In this document: in pieces, positions 6,993-14,778 of the stretch | How positions within the stretch are numbered: position 1 is the first letter of the stretch | How the letters are laid out: every line of letters begins with the position of its first letter | DNA from: Collinsella aerofaciens | Lineage (GTDB): Bacteria > Actinomycetota > Coriobacteriia > Coriobacteriales > Coriobacteriaceae | NCBI GenBank assembly: GCA_021641225.1 | Contig: JAJWXI010000002.1 | Span: 1-42,773 of the forward strand | DNA: 42,773 bases | Direction: 5' to 3' | Position numbers and translations under genes: made by a program | The notes under the pieces: generated by a model | Databases searched by the model: none | Told to the model about the DNA's origin: nothing | What the model saw: only the letters and a program-made list of their open reading frames with translations

Positions 6993-8780
6993 CTACATCA
7001 AGCGCAGGCTGACGTCCTTGAGCTGGGCGCCGGAAACGGCACTCGGGGCGCCCGACATGAGGTCGGAGCCGCTGGCCGTCTTGGGGAATGCCATGACGTC
7101 GCGGATGGAGTCGGAGCCGGTAAGCAGCATGCACACGCGGTCCAGGCCCAGGGCGAAGCCGCCCATCGGGGGCGCACCAAACTTGAGGGCCTCCATGAGG
7201 AAGCCAAACTGAGACTCGGCGCGCTCCTCGGTAAAGCCCAGGAGCTTGAGCATGGACATCTGCATCTCGGCGTTGTGGATACGCATGCCGCCGCCGCCGG
7301 CCTCAAAGCCGTCCATGACAAAGTCGTAGGTGCAGGAACCGGCTGCCAGCGGGTCGGCCTCGATCTTGGCGATGTCGGTCTCGGTCGGCAGGGTAAAGGG
7401 CTGGTGCTCGGCAGCATAGGCCTTGCGATCCTCGTCCCAGTGGAACAGCGGGAAGTTGACGACCCACAGGAAGTCGTGGCCCTCGCGCTTGATCTCGAGC
7501 GCGTTAGCCATGTGGGAACGCATGCCGCCCAGGATCTCGTCAGAGAGCAGGCGCGGACCGGCGGCGAACATCACAAGGTCGCCAGGCTCGACGTTCATGC
7601 GCTCACGCAGAGCCGCCATCTCCTCGTCCGAGAAGAACTTGACGATGGGGCTGTTGATGGAGCCATCCTCGCGGAAAGCGATCCAGGCCAGGCCCTTGGC
7701 GCCAAACGTGGAGGCCACGCCGGCGAGCTTATCGATCTTGGCACGTGCCCAGGCACCGGCGCCCTTGGCGTTGATGGCCTTGACGACAGAGCCCTCCTCG
7801 TTTGCAGCGGTCGCAAAGACCTTGAACTTGGAGTTGGCAAAGATGTCGGTCAGGTCGACCAGGTGCATGCCGTAGCGAGTATCGGGCTTGTCGGAGCCAT
7901 AGGTGTCCATGGCCTCCCAATAGTCCATGCGACGCAGCGGCGTGGGCATCTCGACACCCATGCGGCCGAAGGCGTCGGCCAGGACCTCCTCGAGCGCGCT
8001 CATGACGTCGTTCTGGTCCACGAAGGACATCTCGATATCGACCTGGGTGAACTCGGGCTGACGGTCGGCACGCAGGTCCTCGTCGCGGAAGCACTTGGCA
8101 ACCTGGTAGTAGCGCTCGACGCCACCGACCATAAGCAGCTGCTTCAGGAGCTGCGGGGACTGCGGCAGGGCATAGAAGTTGCCCGGCTGGATGCGGCTGG
8201 GGACGATGAAGTCGCGAGCGCCCTCGGGCGTGGACTTGAACAGGGAGGGCGTCTCGACCTCCATGAACTCACGGTTGTGCAGCGCCTCGCGAATGGCAAA
8301 GGTAAAGTCGGAGCGCAGCTTGAGGTTGGCCATCATCTCGGGACGACGGAGGTCCAGATAGCGATAGCGCAGGCGGGTGTCCTCGCTGGTCTCGATGCCG
8401 TCCTCGATCTGGAACGGCGGGGTGACGGACGTGTTGAGCACCTCGGCGTGGTCGGTGAGGACCTCGATCTCGCCGGTCGCGAGCTTGGTGTTGGTGGTCT
8501 CCTCGCCACGGGCGCGCACGACGCCATGGATCTTGATGGGCCACTCGGGACGCATAGTCTCGGCGATCTTAAAGGCGTCGCCGTCGGAGTGCTCGGGGTC
8601 GAAGGTGAGCTGCGTGATGCCCTCGCGGTCGCGAAGGTCGCAGAAGATAAGACCGCCGTGGTCGCGGCGACGGCTCACCCAACCGGTGAGGGTGACCTCT
8701 TCGCCCACGTTCTCGCGGCGAAGCTCGCCGCAGGTACGGGTGTGCATGGAATGCTCGTCGATGGGACGGGTCTGGCTCAT
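6993..8780 (-). CDS. aspS: Aspartate--tRNA ligase (possibly non-discriminating Asp/Asn type)
   Basis: RRRDHGGLIFCDLRDREG, STPEGARDF, LPQSPQLLKQLLM, CFRDEDLRADRQPEFTQ and GAPPMGGFALGLDR. The His in RRDHGG is the residue associated with non-discriminating enzymes. Confidence 0.97.
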   Translation of the reverse strand: MSQTRPIDEHSMHTRTCGELRRENVGEEVTLTGWVSRRRDHGGLIFCDLRDREGITQLTFDPEHSDGDAFKIAETMRPEWPIKIHGVVRARGEETTNTKLATGEIEVLTDHAEVLNTSVTPPFQIEDGIETSEDTRLRYRYLDLRRPEMMANLKLRSDFTFAIREALHNREFMEVETPSLFKSTPEGARDFIVPSRIQPGNFYALPQSPQLLKQLLMVGGVERYYQVAKCFRDEDLRADRQPEFTQVDIEMSFVDQNDVMSALEEVLADAFGRMGVEMPTPLRRMDYWEAMDTYGSDKPDTRYGMHLVDLTDIFANSKFKVFATAANEEGSVVKAINAKGAGAWARAKIDKLAGVASTFGAKGLAWIAFREDGSINSPIVKFFSDEEMAALRERMNVEPGDLVMFAAGPRLLSDEILGGMRSHMANALEIKREGHDFLWVVNFPLFHWDEDRKAYAAEHQPFTLPTETDIAKIEADPLAAGSCTYDFVMDGFEAGGGGMRIHNAEMQMSMLKLLGFTEERAESQFGFLMEALKFGAPPMGGFALGLDRVCMLLTGSDSIRDVMAFPKTASGSDLMSGAPSAVSGAQLKDVSLRLM

Positions 8781-9036
8781 ACCAGTGATCCTCCTTTATG
8801 GATCTGTGCCGCCCCGTGTCGTTCCGGGCGGCGTCGTACAGATTTGCCCGGCCTGCGTAAACCGCGCAGCCAGACATGGCGTTCTATCTTATCGCACCCG
8901 CGTCGATGTGCCGCGAAAAAGTAGCTCCTGCCCAAAGACTTGACGGAGACGAAACAATTGACGCGCCGTGGCCGTCGCCAAGGCGCGCCGCGTGCGACAA
9001 TGTGCCCCAATACAACTGCACTCGGAAAGGCCCGCC

Positions 9037-9672
9037 ATGACTGCACGCCTCATCGTTATGGATATCGACTCCACGCTCATCAACCAGGAGGTCATCGACC
9101 TGTTGGGCGAGGAGGCCGGCGTAGGCGAGCAAGTGGCGCAGATCACCGAGCGCGCCATGCGCGGCGAGCTTGACTTTAAGCAGGCGCTCGAGGAGCGCGT
9201 GGGGCTGCTTGCCGGCTTGGACGAGAGCGTGTTCGAGCGCACCTTTGAACGCGTGACGTTTACCCCCGGCGCGCTGGAGCTTGTGCGCTCGGCGCACAGC
9301 AAGGGCTGGAAGGTCGGCGTGGTAAGCGGTGGCTTCCACGAGGTCGCCGATAAGATCGTGGCCGCCGCGGGCATCGATTTTTGCCTGGCCAACCGCCTGG
9401 AGGTCGTGGACGGCAAGCTCACCGGCAAGCTGGCGGCAGACATCGTGACCAAGGAGTCCAAGCTCATCCAGCTGCTGGACTGGGCAGTCGAGTGCGGCGT
9501 CGATATGGCCCACACGGTCGCGATCGGCGACGGCGCCAACGACATCCCCATGATTCAGGCCGCGGGCACGGGCATCGCGTTTTGTGCCAAGCCCAAGACG
9601 CGCGAGGCCGCCCCGTTTGCCATCGACGAACGCAACCTGATGCTCGCCATGGACATCATCCTGCGCGACTAG
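9037..9672 (+). CDS. serB: Phosphoserine phosphatase (HAD family)
   Basis: MDIDSTLINQEVID, ITERAMRGELDF, VSGGF and IGDGANDIPM; GAAAGG RBS before ATG 9037. Confidence 0.92.
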   Translation: MTARLIVMDIDSTLINQEVIDLLGEEAGVGEQVAQITERAMRGELDFKQALEERVGLLAGLDESVFERTFERVTFTPGALELVRSAHSKGWKVGVVSGGFHEVADKIVAAAGIDFCLANRLEVVDGKLTGKLAADIVTKESKLIQLLDWAVECGVDMAHTVAIGDGANDIPMIQAAGTGIAFCAKPKTREAAPFAIDERNLMLAMDIILRD

Positions 9673-9682
9673 CCGATCCGTC

Positions 9683-9745
9683 TAACAATTGAATCAGTCT
9701 GTCCTATAGTTTCCGAACAATTTTGTCTTAGTGTTCGGAAATATA
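9683..9745. promoter_or_regulatory. Putative TetR operator(s) upstream of larB
   Basis: TTTCCGAACA-N12-TGTTCGGAAA perfect 10-bp arms (9710-9741), preceded by a degenerate ACA-N12-TGT copy (TAACAATTGAATCAGTCTGTCC). Confidence 0.6.
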
Positions 9746-9786
9746 CCCTTTGAGTGCTAGACTTTGCGCCGTCGAAGGGAACATAT

Positions 9787-10569
9787 ATGGATAAGCGAGA
9801 TCTTGAGCAATTGCTGAGCGATGTTGCCGGCGGAGCAGTCACCCCTGCCGACGCCCTCACGCGCATCCAGACGGCTCCGACCGCCGATCTGGGCTTTGCA
9901 CAGCTCGATCTTTCGCGCGGAGTGCGCCAGGGAGCCGGCGAGGTTGTCTACGGTGCCGGTAAAACCGCCGAGCAAATTGCCGCCATTATCGAAGCGCTGC
10001 GCGATGCCGGCCAGGAGCGTATCCTGGTCACGCGCCTTGACGCCGAAAAAGCCACGCGCACCGCTGAGCTTCTCGGCAACGACATCGACCTGGGATATGT
10101 CCCAGACGCCCAGCTCGCCCTCGTGGGCGGCAAGCCCTCCCCCACCGGCAACGGACGCATTGTCGTCGCCTGCGCCGGCACGAGCGACCTGCCCGTCGCC
10201 GAAGAAGCCGCGTTGACGGCCGAATTCTATGGCAACGAGGTCGACCGCCTCTACGACGTAGGTGTCGCCGGCCTGCACCGCCTGCTCGCGCATGCCGAGG
10301 AGCTTGCTCAGGCGCAGGTGGTCATCGCCATCGCCGGCATGGAGGGCGCACTGGCGAGCGTTGTCGGCGGCCTGGTAAGCTGTCCGGTCATAGCCGTTCC
10401 CACCAGCGTGGGTTACGGCGCGAGCTTTGGTGGCGTAGCCGCGCTGCTCGCCATGCTCAACTCCTGCGCCAGCGGCGTTTCGGTCGTCAATATCGACAAC
10501 GGCTTTGGTGCCGCCTACCAGGCAAGTCTTATCAATCATCTGGGCGCGGGCACGCCCTGCGCCCGTTAA
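9787..10569 (+). CDS. larB: Nickel pincer cofactor biosynthesis protein LarB
   Basis: EVVYGAGKT, CAGTSDLPVAEEA, DVGVAGLHRL, AGMEGALASVVGG, PTSVGYG and LNSCASGVSVVNIDNGFGAA. Confidence 0.96.
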   Translation: MDKRDLEQLLSDVAGGAVTPADALTRIQTAPTADLGFAQLDLSRGVRQGAGEVVYGAGKTAEQIAAIIEALRDAGQERILVTRLDAEKATRTAELLGNDIDLGYVPDAQLALVGGKPSPTGNGRIVVACAGTSDLPVAEEAALTAEFYGNEVDRLYDVGVAGLHRLLAHAEELAQAQVVIAIAGMEGALASVVGGLVSCPVIAVPTSVGYGASFGGVAALLAMLNSCASGVSVVNIDNGFGAAYQASLINHLGAGTPCAR

Positions 10570-10579
10570 GGAGCATTCC

Positions 10580-11497
10580 ATGTCTAACCATCAGCACACG
10601 CTTATCATCGACGGCACCTCAGGCATCAGCGGCGACATGACCGTTGCGGCCCTGCTCGACCTGGGCGCCAGCGAGGAGCACCTGCGCGAGCAGCTCGCCA
10701 CCCTGCCGGTCGACGGCTTTACAATCGCCGTCACACGCGTAAACAAGCACGGCATCGACGCCTGTGACTTCGATGTTCAGCTTGCAGAGGAGCTCGAGAA
10801 CCACGATCACGATATGGCCTGGCTCTACGACAACGAAGCAGCTGCCGAGCACACACACGAGCATGAACACCACCATCATGATCATGGCGAGCACGAACAC
10901 GAGCACTGCCACGAGCACGAACACGAGGCCCACGACCATGGCCACGAGGGTCACCATCACGCCCACCACCATCACCACCGTTCTTTGGCGGACGTCACCG
11001 CCATCATCGACGGCTCGCAGCTAAGCGATGGCGCCAAGCGTCGCGCCCTTGCCATTTTTTCCGTACTCGCTGCTGCCGAGGCCAAGGCTCACGGCAAAAC
11101 GCCCGACACCGTCCTGTTTCACGAGGTGGGCGCCGTCGACTCCATTGTCGACGTCTGCTCTGTCGCCATCTGCCTCGACGACCTGGGTATTGAGGACATC
11201 GTGGTCGAGTCGCTTTCCGAGGGCCACGGCACCATTCGCTGCGCCCACGGCCTCATGCCCATTCCCGTCCCCGCTGTCGTCAACCTGTGCCAGGCGGGCA
11301 ATATCGCCCTCACGCCTGCACCGGTCGCCGGCGAGCTCGTGACGCCCACGGGCGCCGCCATCGTCACTGCTCTGCGCACGTCCGACCAACTGCCCTCACG
11401 CTACCGCATCGAAGCCGTCGGCTACGGTGCCGGCAAGCGCCCCTACGAGGGCTGCTCCGGGACGCTCCGCTGTCTGCTCGTTGACGCGGACGCATAG
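10580..11497 (+). CDS. larC: Nickel insertion protein LarC, N-terminal (LarC1-like) part with His-rich segment
   Basis: SGISGDM, a long His/Glu-rich tract, FHEVGAVDSIVD, CAHGLMPIPVPA, GELVTPTGAA and GYGAGKR. It ends at TLRCLLVDADA without the C-terminal LarC2 domain. Confidence 0.92.
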   Translation: MSNHQHTLIIDGTSGISGDMTVAALLDLGASEEHLREQLATLPVDGFTIAVTRVNKHGIDACDFDVQLAEELENHDHDMAWLYDNEAAAEHTHEHEHHHHDHGEHEHEHCHEHEHEAHDHGHEGHHHAHHHHHRSLADVTAIIDGSQLSDGAKRRALAIFSVLAAAEAKAHGKTPDTVLFHEVGAVDSIVDVCSVAICLDDLGIEDIVVESLSEGHGTIRCAHGLMPIPVPAVVNLCQAGNIALTPAPVAGELVTPTGAAIVTALRTSDQLPSRYRIEAVGYGAGKRPYEGCSGTLRCLLVDADA

Positions 11498-11499
11498 CC

Positions 11500-12039
11500 A
11501 TGGATGCCCGCAAGGCCAAAAGCCGCGCTGCGATCGTCGCGGCGTTCTCCGAGCTGCTGCGCGAAGAGGACTACGGCAAGATCACCGTCGGCGACATCAT
11601 CGCGCGCGCTCACGTAGGCCGCGCGACATTCTACGGCCTCTTTAAGAGCAAAGACGACCTGCTGTCCGAGCTCGTGAGCGACATCTGCACCCACGCCCTC
11701 GACGACGATGGCACACCGCTCGACGACCCATTCGTGCAGGTCGAGCATATCCTCAACAACCTCTGGGAGCGCCGTCAGGGCGTTCGAGCCCTCGTAGCCG
11801 GCGCCGGCTCACGCGTCTTCGCCGACTGCTTGCGCAAGACCATCATGTCACGAGCAGCCGAAACCGTCCCCGTCGACCCCGCAGGCCCCGCCGGAACCAT
11901 GGACCGAAGCTTCCTACTACACCACATAGCCTCAAGCTTCGTAGGAATGGTCCAATGGTGGGCCTGGCACAACTTCCAAGCAGATAAGGCCGAAGTAGCC
12001 AAAGACTACCTATCAGCTATTAAGCCTCTCTTCAACTAA
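11500..12039 (+). CDS. TetR/AcrR-family transcriptional regulator
   Basis: HTH ITVGDIIARAHVGRATFYGLFKSKDDL; starts 2 nt after the larC stop. Confidence 0.93.
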   Translation: MDARKAKSRAAIVAAFSELLREEDYGKITVGDIIARAHVGRATFYGLFKSKDDLLSELVSDICTHALDDDGTPLDDPFVQVEHILNNLWERRQGVRALVAGAGSRVFADCLRKTIMSRAAETVPVDPAGPAGTMDRSFLLHHIASSFVGMVQWWAWHNFQADKAEVAKDYLSAIKPLFN

Positions 12040-12195
12040 GTAAACCCCTCATCTCAAAGCCCCGCCCCAACCCAAAGCACAATCCATCCCAAAGTGTCAA
12101 CAGCTACCCAACGCCCCTACCAGCAACAAGCCCCTCCCATCCAAATTCAGATATATATGTTGGGTTGCTTGCACGAACGAACCCGGATTCCCGCA

Positions 12196-12322
12196 GGTCA
12201 CGACACAAGTTAACTTCCCGCCGCATTCCGCAGGACGCAAGAAGCCCCCGCCGCACGAAGTGCGCAGCGGGGGCTTCTTGCATGTCCGAGGACGCGGCGG
12301 AAAGTTAACTTGTGCCGTGACC
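12196..12322. repeat. 127-bp palindromic element A (GCATTCCGCAG...GAGGACGC family)
   Basis: 29-bp outer arms with 2 mismatches (12196-12224 and 12294-12322), an inner GCAAGAAGCCCCC/GGGGGCTTCTTGC stem and an apical CAC-GAA-GTG. Confidence 0.85.
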
Positions 12323-12345
12323 GGACGTTATATCAATTGCTCGGA

Positions 12346-13077
12346 CTAGAACATGCCCAAGAAACCGTGCACAAACAGCGCGGCCAGAGCGGCACCGATA
12401 AACGGAGCGATGCCGGGAACAAGCAGGCCGTACTTCCAGTTGTTGTCGGCCTTGTTCTTGATCGGCAGTACCTGATAGGCCATGCGAGGACCAAGGTCAC
12501 GAGCCTGGTTCATGGCGAAGCCAGTGATGCCGCCCATGCCCATACCAACGGCCCAAACGATCAGACCGACGCAGATAGCGAGCATCAAAACGTTCTCGCC
12601 GGCGCGGTTAGCGGCAGCAAGGATAGCGCTGATGAACACAAAGGTGCAGATAGCCTCGCAGAAGAAGTTACGGGCATAGTTCGTGCCCTCGGTGGTGGGG
12701 TTGGTCGAGAAGATGTTGCGCTGGGCAACGGGGTCGACGACGCCCTCGGAAGCCTTGAACTCATCGGCATACATAAGCCAAGCGATTACGGCGCCCACAA
12801 AGCCGCCAAGCATATCGGCAATCATGAAGGGGATGCAGCTGCTCCACGGCACCAGGCCTACGATGCACTGGGCAAGCACCATGGCCGGGTTCATGCACAC
12901 GGCGCCGCCAAAGACAAACAGGCAGACCGAGATGCCAAAGGACCAGGTGGTGATGGCAAACATATGGCCGGAGCCCTGATACTTGGTGCCCTTGAGCACG
13001 GTATCGCAGTGCACGCCCACGCCAAAGATGATCATGAGGGCCGTTGCACCGAATTCGCAGAGGAGTTTGGTAAGCAT
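12346..13077 (-). CDS. larD: MIP/aquaglyceroporin, LarD-like lactic acid channel
   Basis: MIP fold with CMNPAM and AMNQARDLGPR loops and C-terminal LPIKNKADNNWKYGLLVPGIAPFIGA. It lies directly downstream of larA. Confidence 0.8.
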   Translation of the reverse strand: MLTKLLCEFGATALMIIFGVGVHCDTVLKGTKYQGSGHMFAITTWSFGISVCLFVFGGAVCMNPAMVLAQCIVGLVPWSSCIPFMIADMLGGFVGAVIAWLMYADEFKASEGVVDPVAQRNIFSTNPTTEGTNYARNFFCEAICTFVFISAILAAANRAGENVLMLAICVGLIVWAVGMGMGGITGFAMNQARDLGPRMAYQVLPIKNKADNNWKYGLLVPGIAPFIGAALAALFVHGFLGMF

Positions 13078-13126
13078 AAAACCTTATCTTTCTTGTCGGT
13101 TATAAACGATTCGTTTAGGCCGCGCA

Positions 13127-14404
13127 CTAGTGCTGCGCGACAACAACGCCCAGGCCATCGGGGATGACGGCAACCTTGGCATCGGCACCCTTCATCTCAA
13201 AGGCGAGCTTGAGCGCCTCCTCGATAGTGTTGACCGGCGTCATGTGCATATCCTTGAGCATCTGGTGATCGCACAGGTCGGTGACCATGATTACGGGATG
13301 ATGTGCCAGGATGCGGGCGAAAATCTGGCTCGTCCACTGGTCGGGCAGGGTCTCGTCCTTAGGACGATCGATGCAGGCGCGCTCAAACTCTGCCGGATCG
13401 TTGTCGGCGATGTTGTGATAGAAGCCCTCGCCGCCGTGACCGTCGGCACAACCGGCGACGTCGATGATCACACCGCCCTCGGGAAGTGTGGCCTCGGCAG
13501 CGCACATGCCCTTCACGGCCTGATAGATGTTCTGATCGAGCGGGTAGCCACCGTTGGTGGTGATGGCGATCTCGCACTCGACGGGCTCAACGCCGGCAAG
13601 GCTCTTCACGAACTCGCAGCCAGCCTCGTGTGCCTTGTGAATATCGCCGGCAAAGGAGCCGATGACCTCGTGCTTGCCGTTGAGCACAACGTTCAGCACA
13701 AAGGCAAGGTGAGCCATCTCGGCAGCGGCAAACATGTCCTCGCTCACGTGGTTGTGGCACAGGTTGCCGGCACGCGAATGAGAATCGTTCACAAACTGAC
13801 CGTTGTGGTTGTACATGATGGTCTTGTAGCTGGCGATACCAGGCAGGACGGACTTGCGGCTGCCAGAGAAACCGGCGAAGAAGTGCGGCTCAATAAAGCC
13901 CTCGGCAAGCAGCAGATCGCAATCGGCGGCAATCTTGTTGATGATGCACTCGCCACCAGAAGGCAGGGTGCCGATCTTTTTCATCATGCTGTCATCAGTC
14001 GCGACGTGCATAACGATTTCCTCGTTGGCAACGATCTCCTCGCCGTACTTGTTGACGAGTTCCTCGTGCGTCGACGGACGATGCATACCCGTAGCAACCA
14101 GAATGCGAACGCGCGCCTCAGGCGCAGCGGAGTGGATGTGATGCAGCAGAATAGGCATCGTCACACGCGAGGGAACGGGACGCGTATGGTCGGAGCTAAT
14201 GATGACAATATCCTTCTTGCCAGCACAAAGCTCCTCGAGTGAAGGCGAGCCATAAGGGTTGGCAAGCGACTCCTCTACCAGCTCTTCCTGCGATTTCGTG
14301 GTCTTAAACTCGTTTTGATGACCTTCCATCACACCCGCGAAATTCTTATCCTCGAGCTCCAAATGCAACGTCTTGTGGTCAAACGGCAGTTCACATTCAA
14401 ACAA
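13127..14404 (-). CDS. larA: Nickel-dependent lactate racemase
   Basis: Probable TTG start at 14404 (425 aa) after GAAAGGAAGAGG. Motifs SDHTRPVP, ATGMHR, EPHFFAGFSGSRKS, TTNGGYPLDQNIYQAVKG and PDQW. Confidence 0.95.
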   Translation of the reverse strand: MFECELPFDHKTLHLELEDKNFAGVMEGHQNEFKTTKSQEELVEESLANPYGSPSLEELCAGKKDIVIISSDHTRPVPSRVTMPILLHHIHSAAPEARVRILVATGMHRPSTHEELVNKYGEEIVANEEIVMHVATDDSMMKKIGTLPSGGECIINKIAADCDLLLAEGFIEPHFFAGFSGSRKSVLPGIASYKTIMYNHNGQFVNDSHSRAGNLCHNHVSEDMFAAAEMAHLAFVLNVVLNGKHEVIGSFAGDIHKAHEAGCEFVKSLAGVEPVECEIAITTNGGYPLDQNIYQAVKGMCAAEATLPEGGVIIDVAGCADGHGGEGFYHNIADNDPAEFERACIDRPKDETLPDQWTSQIFARILAHHPVIMVTDLCDHQMLKDMHMTPVNTIEEALKLAFEMKGADAKVAVIPDGLGVVVAQH

Positions 14405-14526
14405 TGACGAGCACCCTCTTCCTTTCAACTGACACACTAGATAAACCGTTGGAAGGATACGCCGCTCACCGAAAAACTCCACCGTCCACCGACTCATTAA
14501 CACAACGTTCATATTTGACCCACAAC

Positions 14527-14560
14527 AAAACGGCCGCGATCCCAAACGGGACCGCGGCCG
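14527..14560 (-). terminator. Intrinsic terminator (probably for ppc), downstream of element B
   Basis: CGGCCGCGATCCC-AAAC-GGGACCGCGGCCG stem with TTTTGTT on the minus strand. Confidence 0.65.
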
Positions 14561-14628
14561 CTACAGTCGTAAGGCGAGAAGCGCGCCATTCTTCTCCTCA
14601 GCTTTAATCCCTGAAGACCGAGGACGAA

Positions 14629-14755
14629 GGGACCCGATGGGTCTCCCTCTGAATGCATTCCGCAGCACGAAGCCCCCTTATCCGCAGCTCCGAAGGAGCA
14701 GGATAAGGGGGCTTCAAGTGCGAGGACGCATTCAGAGGGAGACCCATCGGGTCCC
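14629..14755. repeat. 127-bp palindromic element B (same family as element A)
   Basis: 28-bp perfect outer arms GGGACCCGATGGGTCTCCCTCTGAATGC/GCATTCAGAGGGAGACCCATCGGGTCCC, an inner GAAGCCCCCTTATCC/GGATAAGGGGGCTTC stem and an apical GCTCC-GAA-GGAGC. Confidence 0.85.
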
Positions 14756-14778
14756 GGTGAGAGCCACAGGGCTATCGA

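Noticed and set aside
8781..9036. T-box leaders upstream of aspS and hisS
   Set aside because: No UGGNACC T-box bulge or specifier stem was found in either upstream region.
9750..9762. CIRCE half-site GAGTGCTAG before larB; CIRCE/HAIR also sought upstream of htpG
   Set aside because: No matching left arm is present, and no complete heat-shock operator was seen at either place.
10850..10980. Short tandem repeats (GAGCACGAACAC-like) resembling an array
   Set aside because: These simply encode the His/Glu-rich Ni-binding tract of LarC and are not CRISPR or a separate element.
11440..11650. Programmed frameshift joining larC1 to a larC2 domain
   Set aside because: There is no slippery A-run near the stop, and the downstream frames encode TetR or short non-homologous peptides.
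12140..12170. dif-like site TTCAGATATATATGTTGGGT
   Set aside because: Only a partial match to a XerD arm with no convincing XerC arm, and gene orientation does not switch around this point.
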